Shown piece by piece: positions 59,954 to 64,000 of a stretch of DNA of 64,000 nucleotides. The stretch spans positions 2,368,001 through 2,432,000 of the forward strand of contig CAWCKH010000004.1 in NCBI GenBank assembly GCA_963796055.1. Reading direction: 5' to 3'. The notes under the pieces are model-generated. The model did not search any database, had not been told where the DNA came from, and was given only the letters and a program-made list of their open reading frames with translations. Numbering within the stretch: the stretch's first letter is position 1; every line of letters begins with the position of its first letter. The stretch comes from an uncultured delta proteobacterium (GTDB lineage: Bacteria > Myxococcota > Myxococcia > Myxococcales > Myxococcaceae). The translations under genes were made by a program, and so were the position numbers.

Positions 59954-60717
59954 TCCGCGCCCTCGCCGCGCTGGCGGAGGCAGCCAGGCCCGAGCTGCTG
60001 GGCTGGGCGCTGGCGTCGATGCGGGTGCTGCCGGTGACACTGTTCTGCCCGGTGCTCGGCGGACAGCTGGTCTCCGCCCCGGTGCGGCTTGCCGTGGCGG
60101 GCTCCCTCGCGCTCACGCTCCGCCCGCTCGCCGGCCCGGTCACGGAGGCCTCGCTCGACTTCTTCGCCCGCTGTGGTCGGGAGGCCGCAGTGGGTCTCCT
60201 CGTCGGCCTGGGGGCCGCGCTCCCCTTCGACGCTGCGCGCATCGGGGGCCGACTGGTCGACCTGGTGCGTGGCACCTCGGCGGAGGCGGCTCTGCCCGTG
60301 GCTGGCCACCGCGAGTCGGCGACGGGCGACGTGCTGCACCAGCTGCTGGTGTCGCTCGCGCTGGCTGCGGGGGTGCTTCCGGTCATGGTCCGGGCGCTCG
60401 CCAGGAGCTACGTCCTCGTCCCGCTCGGCAGCGGCGGCGGGAGAACCGACGGCGCCCTCGCGCTGGCCGGGCTGGTGGGCGCGGCGCTCGCCACCGGGCT
60501 CTCGGTGGCGGCGCCCGTCGTCGCGCTGAGCTGGGCAACGGACGCCGCGGTCGGCCTCGTGCTGCGCGCCGCGCCGGGCCTGCCTGCGACCGAGCTGGCC
60601 ACCCCGGTGCGCATCCTCGGCGGGGCGACGGTGCTCTGGCTCTCGCTCGGGCTGGTGGCGGACCGGCTGCTCGCGCTCGCATCGGACGGCTGGCTCCCGG
60701 GAGTGCTGGGGCGATGA
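59950..60717 (+). CDS. sctT: Export apparatus SctT (FliR family)
   Basis: R..P..P.LG..VR..REAAVG..G.LVD..RG..AP..D..GL..RAAP. Confidence 0.85.
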   Translation: MIRALAALAEAARPELLGWALASMRVLPVTLFCPVLGGQLVSAPVRLAVAGSLALTLRPLAGPVTEASLDFFARCGREAAVGLLVGLGAALPFDAARIGGRLVDLVRGTSAEAALPVAGHRESATGDVLHQLLVSLALAAGVLPVMVRALARSYVLVPLGSGGGRTDGALALAGLVGAALATGLSVAAPVVALSWATDAAVGLVLRAAPGLPATELATPVRILGGATVLWLSLGLVADRLLALASDGWLPGVLGR

Positions 60718-61748
60718 GCGGCGACCGCAGCGAGGAGCCCACCCCGCGCCGGCTCCGCCAGGCCCGGGAGCGGGGCCAGGTGCCACGGAGCCGGCTCTTC
60801 TCGGGGAGCCTGGTGCTCGCCGGGGGAAGCACTGGCGCGGCGATGGGACTGGCCGGCGCCACCGACGCGCTCCGCACCTGGACGGTGCTGCTGCTGGTCC
60901 AGGGCACGGCGGTCCCCGCGGCCCTGCACCAGTCCCTCTGGCTGCTCGTCCGCGCCTGTGCCCCGGCGCTCGCCGGCGCGATGCTCGCCGCGGGCCTGGC
61001 CGGTCTCCTCGTTTCCGGCTGGGCTCCCTCCAGCGCGGTGCTCGTGCCGCGGCTGGAACGGCTCGACCCGCTGGCCGGACTGAAGCGCCTCTTCAGCTGG
61101 CGGACATTCTCCGAGCTCAGCCGGAGCCTGCTGTTCGCTGCGCTGCTCCTCGCCGTGCTCGCCGCCGGGGCCTGGACCCTCCTTCCGTCGGCGTTGCGGC
61201 TGCCGGGCGTCGCGAGACCGGCGGCGGGCCTGGTCCTGCTCCGCCCCGGGGCGCTGCGCGTCTGGACCGAGGCGCTGCTGCTCGCCCTGGCGGTGGGCGT
61301 GCTCGACCTCCTCCTCGCCCGGAGGAGGCATCGCCGTGCGCTGCGGATGAGCCGGGACGAGGTGCGGCGCGAGCACCGCGAGCAGGAGGGAGACCCACGC
61401 CATCGGGCCCACCGGCGGGCCGCGCACCGGCAGCTGCTGCTCGCCGGGCGGGTGCGCGGGGTGAAGGCCGCGTCGGTGGTGGTGGTGAACCCGATCCACG
61501 TCGCCGTCGCTCTGCGCTGGGCCCCGGAGGAGTGCGACGCGCCCTACCTGGTCGCCCGGGGGCGGGCGGACGAGGCGCGCGCCATCCGCGCCGAGGCACT
61601 CGCCCTGGGCATTCCCATCGTCCGTGACCTCGCGCTCGCCCGGGGGCTGGTCCACTACGACGTGGGCGAGGAGGTGCCGGAGGAGCTCTACCGCGCGGCG
61701 GCGGTGGTTCTGCAGCACGCGCTCGATCGCACCGAGGGCACACCATGA
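60714..61748 (+). CDS. sctU: Export switch protein SctU (FlhB family)
   Basis: RSEEPTPRRL.QARERGQVPRS, MSRDEV.RE..EGDP, NPIH cleavage site. Confidence 0.9.
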   Translation: MSGDRSEEPTPRRLRQARERGQVPRSRLFSGSLVLAGGSTGAAMGLAGATDALRTWTVLLLVQGTAVPAALHQSLWLLVRACAPALAGAMLAAGLAGLLVSGWAPSSAVLVPRLERLDPLAGLKRLFSWRTFSELSRSLLFAALLLAVLAAGAWTLLPSALRLPGVARPAAGLVLLRPGALRVWTEALLLALAVGVLDLLLARRRHRRALRMSRDEVRREHREQEGDPRHRAHRRAAHRQLLLAGRVRGVKAASVVVVNPIHVAVALRWAPEECDAPYLVARGRADEARAIRAEALALGIPIVRDLALARGLVHYDVGEEVPEELYRAAAVVLQHALDRTEGTP

Positions 61749-63784
61749 AGGCGCGCCTCCGGAATGTGCTCGCCGCGGCGCTCCGCCACCGGGCGCTGCT
61801 GCTGCCCTGCCTGGTGGCCGCCATCCTCGGCGCGCTGGTGGTGCCGCTGCCGAGCTGGCTGCTGGACCTGGGCCTGGCGCTGAATCTGGTTGCCGCCGCG
61901 GCGCTGCTGGTGGCGGCGCTGCGCGCCGGGGGGCCGCTGGAGCTGAGCGCCTTTCCCACCCTGCTCCTGGTGACCACGCTCTTCCGGCTGGCGCTGAACG
62001 TCTCCTCCACCCGGCTCGCCCTGGCCGACGGACACGCCGGGGCGGTCATCCAGGCGTTCGGCGAGTTCGTGGTGCAGGGCGACTACGTGGTGGGTGGCGT
62101 GGTGTTCGCCGTGGTGACCCTGGTGCAGTTCCTGGTGGTGGCCAAGGGCGCCGAGCGGGTGAGCGAGGTCGCGGCGCGCTTCACCCTCGATGCCATGCCG
62201 GGCAAGCAGATGGCCATCGACGCCGACCTCCGGGCTGGCCTCATCGACCAGACCGCCGCGCGCGAGCGCCGGCGGAGCCTGGAGCGCGAGTCGCAGATGT
62301 TCGGGGCGATGGACGGGGCGATGAAGTTCGTGAAGGGCGACGTGCTCGCCGGTCTGGTCATCGTGCTGGTGAACCTCGTCGGCGGGGTGCTGGTGGGCGT
62401 GCTCCAGCGCGGGCTCGACGCCCAGGGGGCCCTGGCCCGCTACGCGCTCATCGCCATCGGCGACGGGCTGGCGAGCCAGGTGCCCTCGCTCTGCATCGCG
62501 GTGGCCGCAGGGCTGGTGGTGACCCGCGTCGCGCCGGGCGAGGAGGGGCAGGGGCTCGGCGAGGACATCGGGCTGCAGCTCCTCGGTAGCCCGGGCGCGC
62601 CCTGGCTCCTGGCCGGGGTCGCCGGTGCGCTCTCGCTGGTGCCAGGGATGCCGCATCTCACATTCCTCGGCCTCGCCGGCGCGCTGCTCGTGCTCGGGCG
62701 CTGGTGGCGGCCCGGCGAGGCGTCTTCTCCCGAGGCTCCCGGGGAGCCGGTGGGCCCGCCCGCGACTCCGGGGAGCCCGGCCGAACAGGCCGAGCCCGCA
62801 ATGGGCGTGTCGCCGCTCGCGCTCGAGCTCGCGCCGGGATGGACCGAGGGGTCGTCGGGCGCGCGCCCGTTCCAGGACGCGCTCCGGCGGATGCGCGCGG
62901 CGCTCGAGGCCGAGCTCGGATTCCGGATGCCCGGGGTCCACGTCCGCGCCGGCGCCGCACTCCCCGAGGGGGCCTACCGCATCCTGGTGGACGAGGTTCC
63001 TGCCGCCGCCGGCCGTCTCCCCACCTCGGGGGTGCTGGTCCGGAGCGCCGCGGCAGAGCTGGGCTTCCTCTCGGTCGAGGCGGAGCCGCTGGAGGACCCG
63101 CTCACCGGCCGGCCGCTGGCGCGGGTGCCTGAGCCGGCGCGGGAGCGGCTGGAGCTCGCCGGGCTCGCGCCGCGCGCTCCGGCCGAGGTGGTGGTCGAAC
63201 ACCTGGCGAGCGTGGCCCGTCGCCACGCACCGGCGCTGCTGGGGCTCCAGGACGTGCAGCTGCTGCTCGACGGGCTCGAGGCTCGGTGCCCGGCGCTGGT
63301 CCACCCGGTGCTGGAGAAGGTGACCTTGCCCGTGCTGACGGACGTGCTCCGCCGCCTCCTGCACGAGGGGGTCAGCGTCCGGAACCTCCGGGGGGTGCTG
63401 GAGACGCTCGCCTCGCCGGGCATCGACGGCGACGCCGCGACCCTGGCCGAGCGGTGCCGCCAGGCGCTGGCGCGGTGGATCAGCCACCGGCACGCTCCCT
63501 CGGGAGCGCTCTTCGCCTGGCTGGTGGACCCGGCGCTCGAGGAAACCCTCCGCACCCGCACCGTGGACGGCGCGCCGGCGCTCGAGCCCGAACGGGTCCA
63601 GGCGCTGCTCGAGGCGGTGGCGGGGCTGGTCGAGGACGGCCGAGCGGTGCTCCTCGCCTCGGGCGACGTCCGCCGCCCGCTCCGGGCGCTGTGCGAGGGC
63701 GCGTTTCCGGAGGTCGCGGTGCTGGCCTATGCCGAGCTCGACCCGGCGCTCCGGGTCAAGCCGCTGGGAAGGCTCTCTGCCTAG
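61745..63784 (+). CDS. sctV: Export gate SctV (FlhA family)
   Basis: FPTLLL.TTLFRLALNVSSTR, KGAERVSEVAARFTLDAMPGKQMAIDADL, GAMDGAMKFVKGD. Confidence 0.95.
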   Translation: MKARLRNVLAAALRHRALLLPCLVAAILGALVVPLPSWLLDLGLALNLVAAAALLVAALRAGGPLELSAFPTLLLVTTLFRLALNVSSTRLALADGHAGAVIQAFGEFVVQGDYVVGGVVFAVVTLVQFLVVAKGAERVSEVAARFTLDAMPGKQMAIDADLRAGLIDQTAARERRRSLERESQMFGAMDGAMKFVKGDVLAGLVIVLVNLVGGVLVGVLQRGLDAQGALARYALIAIGDGLASQVPSLCIAVAAGLVVTRVAPGEEGQGLGEDIGLQLLGSPGAPWLLAGVAGALSLVPGMPHLTFLGLAGALLVLGRWWRPGEASSPEAPGEPVGPPATPGSPAEQAEPAMGVSPLALELAPGWTEGSSGARPFQDALRRMRAALEAELGFRMPGVHVRAGAALPEGAYRILVDEVPAAAGRLPTSGVLVRSAAAELGFLSVEAEPLEDPLTGRPLARVPEPARERLELAGLAPRAPAEVVVEHLASVARRHAPALLGLQDVQLLLDGLEARCPALVHPVLEKVTLPVLTDVLRRLLHEGVSVRNLRGVLETLASPGIDGDAATLAERCRQALARWISHRHAPSGALFAWLVDPALEETLRTRTVDGAPALEPERVQALLEAVAGLVEDGRAVLLASGDVRRPLRALCEGAFPEVAVLAYAELDPALRVKPLGRLSA

Positions 63785-63787
63785 CCC

Positions 63788-64000
63788 TCAGGCCGCGTCC
63801 TCGTCCGTCGACGAGCTCGAGCCGTCCACGCGGGTCGTGGTGGGCGTTGCCCGGTTCACGCGGTCGCGGAGCTCCTTGCCGGTCCGGAAGAGCAGCCCGC
63901 GCTTCGGCTTCACCGGGATGACCTGTCCCGTCTTGGGATTGCGGCCCTGGTACCCGTCGTAGTGCTTCACATGAAAGGCGCCAAGCCCGCGGATCTCGAT
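63788..64000 (-). CDS. IHF/HU-family DNA-binding protein (5' truncated by window edge)
   Basis: IEIRGLGAF..GRNPKTG..F.TGKELRDRVN. Confidence 0.9.
   Translation of the reverse strand: MEIRGLGAFHVKHYDGYQGRNPKTGQVIPVKPKRGLLFRTGKELRDRVNRATPTTTRVDGSSSSTDEDAA

Noticed and set aside
55264..63784. Flagellar operon
   Set aside because: No rod, hook, flagellin, FliF-length ring or motor genes; the SctJ lipoprotein and SctI-like gene indicate a non-flagellar system.

Overview
Very GC-rich bacterial DNA. The gene content (PEGA-domain protein, TPR Ser/Thr kinase, Bat operon with DGG-repeat linkers, secretin-less type III export cluster) points to a myxobacterium; this taxonomy is inferred. Layout: (1) 1-14.4 kb: core-like genes (AAA ATPase, M1 aminopeptidase, LysM lytic transglycosylase, tetraheme cytochrome, Fis-like protein, MscS, kinase) plus a 400-bp intergenic minisatellite with higher-order structure. 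(2) ~14.5-35.9 kb: an accessory stress/dormancy block (CBS proteins, PRTase, dienelactone hydrolase, M50-CBS protease, PolX, HPF/RaiA-CSD, ATP-dependent ligase, Hsp20, Prs, solo GroEL, BON, RtcB-archease, ChaB). Its intergenic regions repeatedly carry a GCGCA-N5-TGCGC palindrome next to sigma-54-type GG-N10-GC promoters. The block is decaying: frameshifted ligase, atpD and ribonucleotide reductase remnants, two broken CBS genes. (3) 36-45.5 kb: NorR-like activator divergent from ahpC-ahpD, SGNH hydrolase, sensor kinase, LTA-synthase-like/GDPD pair. (4) 45.6-54.3 kb: moxR-DUF58-bat operon interrupted by a MITE-like element. (5) 55.2-63.8 kb: minimal type III secretion cluster, followed by a partial IHF/HU gene. 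No rRNA, tRNA, CRISPR array or transposase was recognised. All family calls come from motif recognition by eye, not from database searches.
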